From positions 124,001 through 188,000 of the forward strand of contig NIVC01001129.1 of assembly GCA_002269645.1 (NCBI GenBank): a DNA stretch of 64,000 nucleotides. Reading direction: 5' to 3'. A program made the position numbers and the translations under genes. The DNA is from Macrostomum lignano (taxonomy: Eukaryota). The number at the start of each line of letters is the position of its first letter. The first letter of the stretch is position 1. The notes beneath the pieces were generated by a model that ran no database searches, was not told the origin of the DNA, and was given only the letters and a program-made list of their open reading frames with translations. Below are positions 48,299-61,995 of the stretch, piece by piece.

Positions 48299-49107
48299 TT
48301 ATACAATAAAGAAATAAGTCTGAGAGGATCGCTAATCAGTTGCAAACGTTTCAAATGGTTTCGATTTCTTGAGAAATATGTAGATTTGTGGCTATCTACT
48401 CAGGGATTGTGCGAAACAGCGCTGGTGAACCATTTCTAAACTGCTAGTGAATCCTGCAAGTTTTTTTAATAAAAGCTATTTTTAAAGAGAAGACAAACTC
48501 AATGAAAGAATGAATGAAAACAGAATCACCATGTCAACCAAAAAGAGAAGCGCCCTGTCGAGTATATGACTCATAGGGAATTGCTAAGGTGTCAAGACAA
48601 ATGGAAGGAATCACTAAGAGTCGAGGCTTAAGGCGGAAATTGCTTAGATGTCAAGTCTGGAGGGGGTAGATGAAATGCTGTGATTCTTGGGGAGAATCGC
48701 TGCGATTTCAAGCTTCATTTGGAAAATTCCTGAGATGTCAAGGCTCACGGGTGGGGCTTCTGGGATATCAAGGCTCATTGGGAAATTGCTTTACTGTCAA
48801 GGCTCATGGAAACAATTACTGAAATGCTGGGGCTGTTGGGGCAATTGCTAACATGTCAAGGCTTATGAACTGTGAACTGCTCAGTTGTTAGGTCTCATAG
48901 GGGAATATCTGGAATGCTTTGGATCAAGCCCGTGGGGAGCTACTGAGATGCCAAGACTTATGTGGGGAATTACTGAAATGCTTTTGCTCTTGGGGGAATG
49001 GCTGAAATGCTGAAGTTTCAGCAGGATTAAAGGGGGTTAAGTTAGGGCTAGGGTTAACCATGAAAAATCCCCTTGTCGACTGACTAAGAAGGTCTTATAC
49101 ATGGGGG

Positions 49108-49445
49108 AATTGCTATTGCCCAGTGGTCTGGCGCGGCGCTCTGGTGTGCCAGCGGCCCAGGCTCGATTCCAAGTGCAGTCACATTAATTTGGGGCTTAAT
49201 TGAAATCTCGGCTTGGCTCTGCTCGTGCTATTAACGGCCTTGAGGGCCAACCCCCCAGGGACAGTGAAGTTTACATGCCTAATGATAAATAAGGTTACGG
49301 CCGCTGTACACTCCTGTGTGAGTGTGTACCTGTGCGTATGACTGCGTACGTATCCCCGCGCTTGTGGGCCTGCTCAGGGGAGTCAGCGGAATGGGCAGTA
49401 ATGCCTCTCGCCGGTTGTGTGACAATGTCGCTTAAAGCGTGCCAG
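49108..49445 (+). mobile_element. tRNA-derived SINE-like element (longest copy)
   Basis: A-box-like TTGCCCAGTGGTC, B-box-like GGCTCGATTCC and 3' stem TGCAGTCA, then a body shared with copies at ~11985, 17915, 62425 and 63390. Confidence 0.7.
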
Positions 49446-50469
49446 GATGCACAAGCCCCTACCTCTAATAAAATTCTGTGCCAAAACTTTTCATTTTCAA
49501 AGCGATTTGACAAGGATCTTTAAAACTGTTTAGAGATTATATTATAGATAAAAACGAAATTCTTGTTAGCTCAAAGCATCATCATAGCTTGTTTGATTGC
49601 TATACCAAGAATATAATTCGCCTTTTCAACATTAGACATGTGAAGCTCCTGAAAAAAAGCTTTGCAAATGAAATCACACTATCGCCACTGTTCGTCAATT
49701 CCACACTCTAAATTTACTCTGTCGAACCTGATTTAGATACTGCAGTTGGCTACTCATGCAGTTTTATACAGAATTATAGTTAAAATTGTTCGAATTCCGT
49801 TAGAGTCAGTTTTTCCCAATTCAAACCCAGGTTAAGTTTCATATTTGAGCAAAATTCAGATCCGGTTGTAAAACTCAAATAAGCAGCTATTTTACTTGTG
49901 AGAGTTGGCATCCGGCATCGAGTTGGTGCAACATGCAAACATTTATCTTGGCGACTGCAAACTCTGATATTTAACACCGATCCAGACGGTGCTGACTAAA
50001 AGTTTTCCCAGTGCGTTCAGTTTTTATGAACACAGCAAAGTGGAGAAACTATCTTATATTAAATTAAAAGTAGTCTGCTAAATCGTTAATCACATTCGGC
50101 TCATAATTATTCACTTTTCAGACTATAAACGCTGGATATTCTGAAAAGCTCTCCGATATTTCTTATATTCCTGTTCTCTGACCGGAAATCGACTTCTTCA
50201 TTGGTTGGTTATATGGATTCGTTGCCTGAACGGCAAGGGGACCCTGCAAATTGCTGTGGCTCATGGGGGAATTGCTGAGATGCCAAGGCTCATGTGGGGA
50301 ATTGCTGAGATTCCAAGGCTCATGTGGGGAATTGCTGAGATTCCAAGGCTCATGGGGGGAATCGCTGACACGTCAAGGCTTACTGGGGGAATTGCTGACA
50401 GGTCAAGGCTTACTGGGGGAATTGCTGACAGGTCAAGGCTTACTGGGGGAATTGCTGACAGGTCAAGGG

Positions 50470-50835
50470 GAATTGCTTTTCACCTTCTGGTCCTCCGTAA
50501 AGGTATGGTGCACCCATCGGGCACATCGCTTGGAGGCTCCAGCTTGTCGTGCAGGATGGTGGCATCCGCTGCCGATGCAGTGCTCAGCAGGTTACTTGCC
50601 GGTCCTCATCAATCATTCTCTGGACGGTTCTGTTCGGTGACAGCAGAAGCTGCGCGTCTCGTCCGAGACTCGTCATCAAGGCTGCTTCGCCCCCCTTAAA
50701 CTCACTGTACCACCGAGAAACCAGCTGTGGCACGTGAAGGGGCTTAGTCACTGAAAGCAGCACGCATACTTTCAATACACTACTCCTGCGTGAGACCTTT
50801 TCGCGAGTCCTAAAAAGTCATGGCACGAAATTGCC
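50470..50835 (-). pseudogene. Decayed mariner transposase N-terminal fragment
   Basis: Across frameshifts and stops: FRAMTF*DSRKGLTQE*CIESMRAAFSD*APSRAT, RWYSEFKGG, MIDEDRQVT, ILHDKL, CARWVHHTFTEDQK (WVPHEL-type motif). Confidence 0.85.
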
Positions 50836-51357
50836 TTGGTTTTTTTGGCAAAGTGCTGTTCAGCCTACTTATTCTTTTCACAATGAGAGTAGCCAGTGTA
50901 GAATGTAACTCATATGCAGGAAATTTTCTCAGAATGCGCGATTGTGCACTGTCTCTAAATTCCGTGCCTTGAGCTAGTAAAATTTCCAATTTGTCAAGTT
51001 TCAAGCAAGCGAGAGCGGTGCAATTGATGCAAATTTTAAATAATCTGGACTGTTCCACTTATGCGCTTGCGTTATATTATCGTGTGCAAAAATGGCATTT
51101 TAATTTCAGGTTTTCAAACCTTTATGATTGGTAAGAACAAGCCATTAAAATATCGCCGTCAACACGCGACGTCAGCGATAATCCCATCCAGGAAAAGGAT
51201 GGTGATGCACACGAAAACTAATGAGCTTTAACGGGGTCTTTGAGTGGTGGATCTGGAAAGGAGGCTGCTCACTTTTGGTGTCTGGTTCTGGAACCGACTT
51301 AGCTGCTGTTCTGAACGATTTGCTCAAGTGAGCATCGGTTAGTTATTGCTAATTATT

Positions 51358-52900
<1,543 letters not shown>

Positions 52901-53045
52901 CCAATATACTAAAATTGGTCTGTCGGTAGGTAGGTAGGTGTGTATCTATCTAGGTATGTGATCGATTTTAGCAAATTATCTGCTATTGTTCTATTAACAT
53001 GATTTATGCGATCACTAATTCTTAATCACTAAAACATTTGACTAA

Positions 53046-53480
53046 AACAATTCACTCGCGGGCAATTCACTCGCGGGCAATTCACTCGCGGGCAATTCAC
53101 TCGCGGGCAATTCACTCGCGGGCAATTCACTCGCGGGCAATTCACTCGCGGGCAATTCACTCGCGGGCAATTCACTCGCGGGCAATTCACTCGCGGGCAA
53201 TTCACTCGCGGGCAATTCACTCGCGGGCAATTCACTCGCGGGCAATTCACTCGCGGGCAATTCACTCGCGGGCAATTCACTCGCGGGCAATTCACTCGCG
53301 GCAATTCACTCGCGGGCAATTCACTCGCGGGCAATTCACTCGCGGGCAATTCACTCGCGGGCAATTCACTCGCGGGCAATTCACTCGCGGGCAATTCACT
53401 CGCGGGCAATTCACTCGCGGGCAATTCACTCGCGGGCAATTCACTCGCGGGCAATTCACTCGCGGGCAATTCACTCGTGG
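53046..53480 (+). repeat. 15-bp minisatellite (aattcactcgcgggc) ending in the terminus of the 46935-47390 element family
   Basis: ~28 copies, one 1-bp deletion near 53300; followed by gggaaaatctcggcgggcatatctcatggac. Confidence 0.95.
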
Positions 53481-53854
53481 GAAAATCTCGGCGGGCATAT
53501 CTCATGGACCCGATATTCGATTCTGTGTTGGAAGTGGCCAAAAGTATGAAAATGCTTAAATTTTCAACTGATTCAAACATTGCGCAACCAATTGCGAAAA
53601 TTGTATTATCAATTTATTTATTTATTTAGTAAATACGTATCTCAAATGAAAGAGAATTCAAGGGCAAGACCAGTCATTTTCTGGATCTCTTGGCTGCTTC
53701 CTCCAGTTCCTTTTGGCCCTGTCTCTTTATTCTTATGGCTGACGGCATTTTAATGCTTTTGGTTGCAGCGCCAGCAGCGGTTTAAGTCTTGGGATTGCGG
53801 CGGACTCGGAATTTCGATCAGATCGACGATAAAGTGAAACGGTAAACACTAAAA

Positions 53855-54722
53855 CAGGGATTGGCAAACTCCGGCCTGAGGGCCAGATGTGGCCTGCAAA
53901 GCCTCTATATCCGGGTCTTGGGTCCTTTGAATCTTCACAATAGCAATCCGGCCCGCTCAAGGTTTGCGTCTCTTCTCAGCTCTCTTCCCTCACCTATCTC
54001 TTCTCATATTCTCCTGTCCTGTCCTCTCCTCTCTCCTGTCCTCTCCTCTCCTCTCCTCTCTCCTCTCCTCTCCTCTCTCCTTTCCTTTCCTCTCCTCTCC
54101 TCTCTTTTCCTCTCATCTCCTCACCTCTCTCCTTTTCTCTCATCTCCTCACCTCTCTTCTCTCTTCTCCTCTCATCTCCTCACCTCTCTCCTTTCCTCTC
54201 CTCTCCTCATCTCTCTCCTTTCCTCTCCTCTCCTCACCTCTCTCCTTTCCTCTCATCTCCTCACCTCTCTCCTTTCCTCTCCTCTCCTCACCTCTCTCCT
54301 CTCCTCTCCTCTCCTCATCTCTCTCCTTTCCTCTCCTCTCCTCACCTCTCTCCTTTCCTCTCCTCTCCTCATCTCTCTCCTCTCCTCTCATCTCCTCACC
54401 TCTCTCCTCTCCTCTCATCTCTCATCTCCTCTCCTCTCTCTTATATTTCGACTCTCCTCTCCTCATTCATCTCCCCTCTCCTCTCTCCTTTCCTATTTTA
54501 TCTCTCTTCTCGTCTACTCTCTTCTCTTTTATTTATTCGCCTCTCCTTTCTTCTATACTCGTATAGTTCTCTTCTCTATTCCCTATCCTCTCTCCCTATA
54601 GGCCGCAGTCATCAGGGACTCCTGGGTGCGTTTCTTTTAGGGGGCCCAGCGAAGCGGACCCAGAAGGGCAGATAGCGCTGTTCTCAATCTGGCCCTTGAG
54701 GTAAAAAGTTTGCTGACCCCTA
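53855..54722. mobile_element. hAT (Charlie-like) MITE enclosing a ~620-bp CT-rich array
   Basis: TIRs CAGGGATTGGCAAACT / AGTTTGCTGACCCCTA; subterminal ggcctgagggccagatgtggcc and atctggccc; flanks cactaaaa vs aactaaag (6/8). Confidence 0.75.
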
Positions 54723-55240
54723 AACTAAAGCACTAAGCTTAGACACATTAGATAAAACTGTAGTGGAATGGGATTGCGAACAACATTAACGATTAAATCA
54801 GCTGCTACCCTTAGCTTCCAAGACTCAGAAAAGCCAAAGCCCAAAACCAGCCGACATTTGTTTAAATTCAAAAAGGGCACTTGCTGGATCATGCTAAAAA
54901 GTGTGGAAGGCTCAAACCCATGCCCCCCCGGTTCCGACACCCCTGTAGAAAGCCACTGGATTTAGGAAGTCATTGTTCATAATCTTTATGCTAAAACTTT
55001 ATTGAACTTTCATTTGCCTTTGCAGAAGCAATGCTGATCGTTTCGTTGACTGAGTTCATTCAACACGTTCAAGGATGCCATGCTTCAGTTTTTTTAAGCC
55101 AATTGTAATTCGCCTCCATTTTGATTGGTTTAGAAACCATGCATTTAAGATTTGGCCACGTCGCACTTCCGATTTCCTTGCAAGCAACAAAACTGCATTT
55201 TCTAAATAATTTCTTCAAATAGCTGGGATAAATTTGAAAA

Positions 55241-58200
55241 ATGAAAACGTTGAATTTAATTCTGCTTCTGCTTTTCTGCTCCCAGTTCGCTGAAAATGTG
55301 CTTGGTAAGAATTGATTCGATTTAGAAAAGCTGTACTTTTTGTCTCAGAACTCTGTTATTAGTGAACTGCTATTAGTAGACTGCTATTAGTAGACTGCTA
55401 TTAGTAGACTGCTATTAGTAGACTGCTATTAGTAGACTGCTATTAGTAGACTGCTATTAGTAGACTGCTATTAGTAGACTGCTATTCGAATATAGGTATA
55501 ACGCCTATTGATTTCAACTCTGTATTTTATGAATCCGTGCTTTTAATAGCCTAACATAGAGTATAATTTGTTAGACTTGACCAGAGTTAGGCTAAATTGG
55601 AAAACATACTGTCAAATGTCTGCAGGTGCTGAGCAAATCACCATTCCCAAAAACAAGCCTGCTAAGCAGTCTTCAAAGTACCGCTCAAACGACGACCCAG
55701 CCCTGGCTAACAACGGCAACACCGGCGGCTCCCTTGTGCGCCTGTCGAACTGCTTCGAATGCGCGAACAACGACCCGCTACCCTGGTGGATGGTTGACAT
55801 GGGCGAGATCTACTTTGTCCACCAGGTGAAGGTGTGGAACAGAATCAACTGCTGTGCTGACCGGTTTCGGCAGGTTAGCGTTGGTAAGTTGCTGCTGCGA
55901 AGCTTAGATTGCTGCATGGCTTTGAGATAGATCGATCGGGCAAAAAACTACAGTAAATAGAGAAAAATTTACTGGTGTTGTATCAAGAAATGTTTTGCTA
56001 AGCAAAAGCAAGCTACAGGGAAACGATGAAAATACATTTTTGTTAACGCTTCATGTTCAACAATATAAACGGAGATCTAGAACACTCAGATTTACTCAAA
56101 CTCAGAAACATTGCACAAACAATAAAATACTCGTATTTATATTCAATCAGAAAATGTTTGTGGAATTCCCAAATATGTGCCAAAAAGACTTTTGATAGGG
56201 CATTACTTTACTTTGCAGCAGAGGGCTTTCAGGGATGAAATGCTATATGTATTTGAGCTGTAAATGGATGCTTGTAAGAGGCCCCTTTCATGTAGGAACA
56301 CGTGCGATGGTCTACAATTGTGGTAGCATTGTCCATGCATGTTGCCGATTCTCTGTACGGGGTCCGAATTCGGGCTTCAAAGCAGCTTATCCATGACGAG
56401 CTTCACGATCTGAGCTTCAGGGGCTGAGGACTCCACCTTGCAGTCCACCTTTCTGGACCTCAACAGAACGAGAGTGTCCCAGGAGGTGCAAGGTGGCAGT
56501 CCGATGGGAGAACATGATGTACATGATCAAGCGAGTGAGTTGCTCGTGCGGGCCACTTGATTAAAAAAAGCACGTTATCCAAGGTACCAATTTTTTTCGT
56601 AAAAACGACTGTCGAGCACCGTGCGTTTCAATTTGTTGACAATGGCGTGCAATGCGATTTCGATAGAACGGTCCAGACCGAAAGACGTGCCGGTTGCAGG
56701 AGGGGGGAAACGCCAGAGCCCATCCGTTCTATCAGTTTAACAGTAGAAAGACCACGCTATTTTTCCACATGGGGAAAGACCATGGGATCCCGGCTCGTCA
56801 GGGCCGCGTGGTGGCACTCCGTTGAATTCGAAGGTCCCGAAGGTCGTCCAGACAGAGCTGAATGCTGAACATGGTGCAGGACCATTGTATAATACGCAGA
56901 CATGCCTGGTTTGGTCCTTGATAGAAAAATCACGATGTTGGCGGTGTCAGCTCGTCGGGGCCGCGTGGTTGCCCTCCCTTAAAGGTCCCGAAGGTCGCCT
57001 ATATGTCTACAGGTCAGCCTAGAGGGTCGCCATCGTCCATTTCATTCACCGATTATGTCTACTGACTGAATGCTACATGCAGAAGAGGATTGTTCCACTT
57101 CAGTTTTGGAAACGCAGCCGTCTCTGCGATACCGATCGGGTGCTTTTGTTGAAGGTCCCGACGGTCGCCGCCGATGCTCCAGACGGTGATGAAGGGAGGG
57201 GACCCTGGTGTCTTAGATGCTGAGAGCAAACGTCCCTGCGACTGATATGCATAGTTTTTTTAGTGCTTTCATGATGAGATTTTGTGAGCAGAAATTTTTT
57301 TGCCAATGTTGTTGGTTTTTTTCCACCAGACACCCCGAGGAGAATCGCTGAATATCTCGACGATGCCGATTTTTCGTGATTCTCGAAGTTGCTTCATCAA
57401 ATAGAGCGGAAATTTTTAGCCCGTGATCTGGATTTTCATGGAAATTGGTTGAATATTCTTGGAGATATAGACAAAGGAAAAATTGGTGTATTTGAAATAC
57501 ACCCCATGGTCTTTCTACTGTTATAGGCGATAACGCTAGGGAGGATCGATAGAGAGAAATACAGTACAAGCGCATAAAACACTGCACAAGGCGAGTATGC
57601 ATGTAATGTGATGAGTCAGAGACTCTAAGAAGAACAGATTGGTGTTCGCTGGTGTCAGATTGATATTGCAGGAAGCTTTGGCAGAGTGTTAGCCTCCCTT
57701 CCATGGTTTGAGATAAAGACAATCGTGGCTTCCTGCCAGCCACGGTTGCTGAGGAGGTCGAGGAACCTGTCATTTTCACTGCTGTTGCTGCTTGAAGATT
57801 TTTTCAAGAGTCGAAGAGTTTACTGCAAATAAAATCCTCTCCATATTCCAGGTGTGGCTAAAAATCCCATCGTATGGACGTCCTTCAACCAGGACCTGTT
57901 CGAACGCTGCGACTACTGGCCCGGGGTGGCCACGGTGGCTGACAATCCCATCGTGTTCACCTGCCCCAGCCCCATCGGAGGCAGGTACCTGGCCGTGTAC
58001 AAGAACACCAGCGGACTGAGCGACGGCAGTGCCAGGCTGCACTTTTGCGAGGCTGACATCCTTGCAGGTTAGATGGGCCTTTGTAGCTTTGGTAGCTGCA
58101 CTTTTGCGAGGCTGAAATCCTGGCAGGTTAGATGGGCCTTTGTAGCTTTGGTAGCTGCACTTTTGCGAGGCTGAAATCCTGGAAGGTTAGATGGGCCTTT

Positions 58201-59297
58201 GTAGCTTTGGTAGCTGCACTTTTGCGAGGCTGACATCCTGGCAGGTTAGATGGGCCTTTGTAGCTTTGGTAGCTGCACTTTTGCGAGGCTGAAATCCTGG
58301 CAGGTTAGATGGGCCTTTGTAGCTTTGGTAGTTTTTTTATAGTATTCTGGCAGTCTAAATACAGAATTAGAAAATTCTAACAAAAGAAACGTCTCTCCAG
58401 TCAATAAAAAATCTCTTCTGAAGTCTATCCAGTAAAAGATCGAATTTTTATTCAGATACTAATTACAGTTACATAGTTTTGATAGAGCTGATTGATGGGC
58501 AACTCGGGCCACTGCAGAGGCAGATTCCAGCTAATGTCTTCATGAGGAGTGGTTCCTCGAGATTCTGGATTTGTCGCTGCACTACCTGTAAATATAAAAT
58601 AAGTTGACATGAAAGACAAGCATGTGTCACCCAAGGACTACTAGACTAGAAGGACGCAACACTTGAAAATCGTGCAAAAATGATTGAAGGATGATAATTA
58701 AAATATCTATATCTCCGAATCGATTGCATGTTTAAGGTTACTTTTTTCGACAGATTGTTCAGATTTTTGTTCCCTACTGAGTAAGTTTAGTTTCATATTA
58801 GATGTAGATGCTAGAAAAGACTGTACAATGGAGACCTTGTATTTTCGGGCGTTTGGTATTCAAATCGGTAAGTTTAGGGACCAAATGATGAAGGTAGCGA
58901 AAATCTTAAACGCAATTTTTTGTGAAAATTTTTTCTCACAAATATTGCCACTTCGATCTATAGTTCGCTCTTTACTAATACAACCTACGAGCGTAAAGTT
59001 ATAAAAACATATTTTTTTAATAAAAAAATTTCAGTCCTGAAGCCGTCCATGGCCTCATTCAAGGCTGAGGTCATTCCACCAAGGTTCTCAACGAAGCCAA
59101 CCGACTCGCAGCTCGATGGCTCTCCAATTGCTGCCAAGTTGAACATCGCCTGCCTGCGTGAGTGCGGCAGCCATCCAATGTGCCTCTACACTCTGTACAA
59201 GCAGGGCAACTGCTGGCTGTTCTCATCTGGCAGCATCTCCGAAAGCTTTATCAGCATCCTGAGTAGTGGAGATGCCAAGTTTATGCAGCTAAACTAA
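55241..59297 (+). CDS. Secreted F-type lectin domain + PAN/apple-like protein, paralog B (~266 aa, 4 exons)
   Basis: Exons 55241-55304 (signal peptide MKTLNLILLLLFCSQFAENVLG), 55626-55883, 57852-58067 and 59035-59297, all phase 1. KPAKQSS, ANNGN, PWWMVDMG, VWNRINCCADR, FTC...GGRYLAVYK...LHFCEADI. PAN-like CLRECGSHPMCLYTLY...CWLF. Exon 3 is 216 nt, as in paralog A. Confidence 0.9.
55372..55486 (+). repeat. 14-bp minisatellite (tgctattagtagac)
   Basis: Intron 1 of lectin B. Confidence 0.93.
56300..56770 (-). pseudogene. Decayed non-LTR retrotransposon RT fragment (R1/LOA-like motifs), antisense in lectin B intron 2
   Basis: Across frameshifts: KLIERM, HVFRSG, RSIEIALHAIVNKL, GTLDNV, MFSHRTATLHLLG...VQKGGLQGGVLSP, VMDKLL. 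Confidence 0.8.
58036..58331 (+). repeat. 59-bp x5 tandem duplication spanning the exon 3/intron 3 boundary of lectin B
   Basis: Unit gctgcacttttgcgaggctgacatccttgcaG|GTtagatgggcctttgtagctttggta. Confidence 0.95.
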
Positions 59298-59782
59298 TCA
59301 TCAAATATTCGGACATTTTTAATTGTAACTAACTGAACTCGAATAATTAAACTCTTCTTTAAAACTTTTACGCAGAGCTTTTAGCCTTTGAAGAACACTA
59401 TAAATGTCTCTATCTACCATAAATTTTAATGTAGAATAACCTGAGTGGCAGGGTTACCTTATCCAGAGTAAAGTGCATGAAACAGTCAAGCAGACATGCA
59501 GCTACGCTCGTATAGTTAATATAAGTACGAAGCACGAGTGCCTTGCATTTTCTAAAGGGTTTTTTCAGGACTTCTCATAGCCGATATTTTTTGTTTGTCC
59601 AGATGTTAACAAATGGAGTCGTTTTAAGATAAAAAATTCCTAAATATTTTAGTCTGTGATTTTTCTGCAACAAAAATTCCTGCCTTGGCTTGTAAATCGT
59701 AATTGTGCCTCGATTCGTTTGGGCCACAAACGATTGCGCTGAAGGAAATTGTGAACTAAGTAAATTTTTGCGCGCCTTTCAG

Positions 59783-60276
59783 GCATCGAAACAGGAATAC
59801 AACAGATTGCTTATCTGCGAATAGTCTATGGTCAAGCCGCCCCCCATATTTGGATATTCTCAACGGGTTATATTTGGATGTACCCATTTGCAGATGAGCA
59901 GTCTGTATATTCCTGTATCAATGCGTTTGCGAGGATATTTTTTACGCTCACATCGTTACACGTTACACTTACATCGGCCGAATTGCATTGTTTGTTCCGC
60001 ATGGGATCCTCGGGGCAAGCCTCTTCTTCGCTTGGCAGTGATGGCAGAGCATCATCGTTACCGCATTCAATGAATCGGATGAACTCCATCAACTCGTTCA
60101 TTCGAGGAATGAGGATGACAATCGAGGATGACAATCGGATGAACTCCTTCATACGCCTCGTCACGTCCACCCATACTCAAGTCGCTGAGAAAGTTGACCT
60201 CATTTCCATTCAAGCCGTCAATGCTTTCAATCGGCAAATTCGACCAATTTATCATTCGGATGAGCGGCATGAATAG
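59783..60276 (+). other. Possible orphan terminal exon (~164 codons) of unknown affiliation
   Basis: ttttgcgcgcctttcag| acceptor, then an open frame to TAG at 60276; no recognisable domain. Confidence 0.3.
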
Positions 60277-61754
60277 AGGTAAGGGCAAACAGAAGAAATA
60301 TGAACATGTACCCTCTGCTGCAGAGTTCCAGCTTATAAGACCACAACTTCATTTAACCTGTTTCGTTTATTGTAATTTCAGACTGTTCCGCCTAACTTTT
60401 CGTTCCAGACGTTTTGTCTTTGGCCATCATTTTGCTTGCGCCAAGTGGAAAATGCCTATGACAAAAATCCCTAGAATCGCTTAGTGAACAATTCCCGTCT
60501 GGGAAGTTGTGTCCTAGCCGTTTTGTACCGTCCTCGATGCTATGGCAGTTGTGTGTGAAGCGTGACCTCTCGATAATCATACATTGTGCCTAGTCCCACT
60601 TACTACTCAGACTCATGCAGATCAGGGACTGTAGTAAAATTTTCCTGAGTAAATTTGAGTTTCTATCACTTTGCAAGCGTCTCAGGAACACCTCCTGACT
60701 AATACAAAGGCCAATAACTCCGTGAAGTGTCTGTATGTCGAAGGCTCCAAGACAATCAATTGACTACATACATTTCTTCTTTTTACTCAAAAACACTCTA
60801 GTGAAAAAAATTATCTTCAAAGATTAGGCGACTTTATTGTCAATTCTCTTTCACAATACGAGGTATCTATATAGGCGCACATGTGCTACAAGCACTGGGA
60901 TTTCTGTAAAGTCTGTTGCGATCCTATTCCCAAAAGATTTCTGAGCTTGAAAGTAGTTGTTTTTTCCACAATTGCGAACCTTCCATGGTTCTTAATACTC
61001 GTAGAAAAGGGCTCTTGAAAATGTTCCTACCGCATTGTCCTTACTTGGGGTGCATGACTTCAAGCAAGCCTATGAGAAACTAAAAGTTCCTGCGAATCAA
61101 ATTTTATTCAATTTTAACTATAAAGCGAATCTCCTAAAGAACTTCTTGTTGATTTAAAGTAAGTATGCTCGATTCCAACAAATTCATATCTCTCTCGTAT
61201 TTCTCAGACGCATCCGATTCTGTGTGAGTTTCTTTCTCCCATTTCTAAGAATTCCTTCTGAGTTTGGACAGGTGATGTCGCCAGACGAAATTCTCACGAG
61301 TTTGAAATTCTTGCCTCGCATTGTTTTCAGTTCCAGCTATTGACACTACTGGAATGGGCACTAGTTTGGTTGGTCCAAGCACTAACAGGCTCTAAGAATA
61401 TCTTCTGACATAACTAAGGTGGATGCATGCATGGTGCCTTTTATGTCCATTGACATGCATGCAAACTTATACAAGATGGTACAGATTTCATCAGCTAAAT
61501 ATCCCTTTGAGGCTGTCACCCATGACAAGCTCACCCACACAAATCGTAAAATAGCTACAAGTTAGATTTGCTGGTGTCATCGCAGATTCACATTTAGATT
61601 TTAGTAAAGCTGCACCTACTTACTTACTGTGAGTAGTGTGCTTAGGAAAAGTATTTAAAGAGTGTATTTGCTCAAAGCATCTCCGACTGTAAATATTATT
61701 GATTGCATATAGTTTGTCAGAAAAGTCAAGGCATGCGCAATAATAATAATACTA

Positions 61755-61897
61755 CGCACACGCACTCATTCACACGCTCACGCACTCATTCACACGCTCA
61801 CGCACTCATTCACACGCACTCATTCACACGCACACGCACTCATTCACACGCACACGCACTCATTCACACGCACACGCACTCATTCACACGCTCACAC
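61755..61897 (+). repeat. CA-rich short tandem repeat (cacgcactcattcacacg)
   Basis: Direct reading. Confidence 0.9.
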
Positions 61898-61995
61898 AGG
61901 GTTTAAAGCGGCCTGAATTTCTAATCGTCAGGCATGTACACTCTCTGTGCCTTGGCGGTTGGCCCTCGTGGCTGTGAATCGCACGACAATCCGCC

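Larger units (their letters stand above)
40436..50470. repeat. Mosaic of duplicated non-coding blocks interspersed with a ~30-bp degenerate motif (gggaattgctgagatgtcaaggctcat)
   Basis: ~40440-41400 resembles ~45560-46570; ~41800-42340 resembles ~42440-42980; ~43570-44300 resembles ~47535-48600. Motif arrays at 40440, 44280-45780, 48570-49020 and 50240-50470. Confidence 0.85.

Noticed and set aside
49108-49185. Functional tRNA gene
   Set aside because: Acceptor and T stems are mismatched and the anticodon loop is 6 nt; treated as a SINE head.
60780-61560. Protein-like minus-strand frame with scattered stops
   Set aside because: No identifiable motif; cannot be assigned without a database search.
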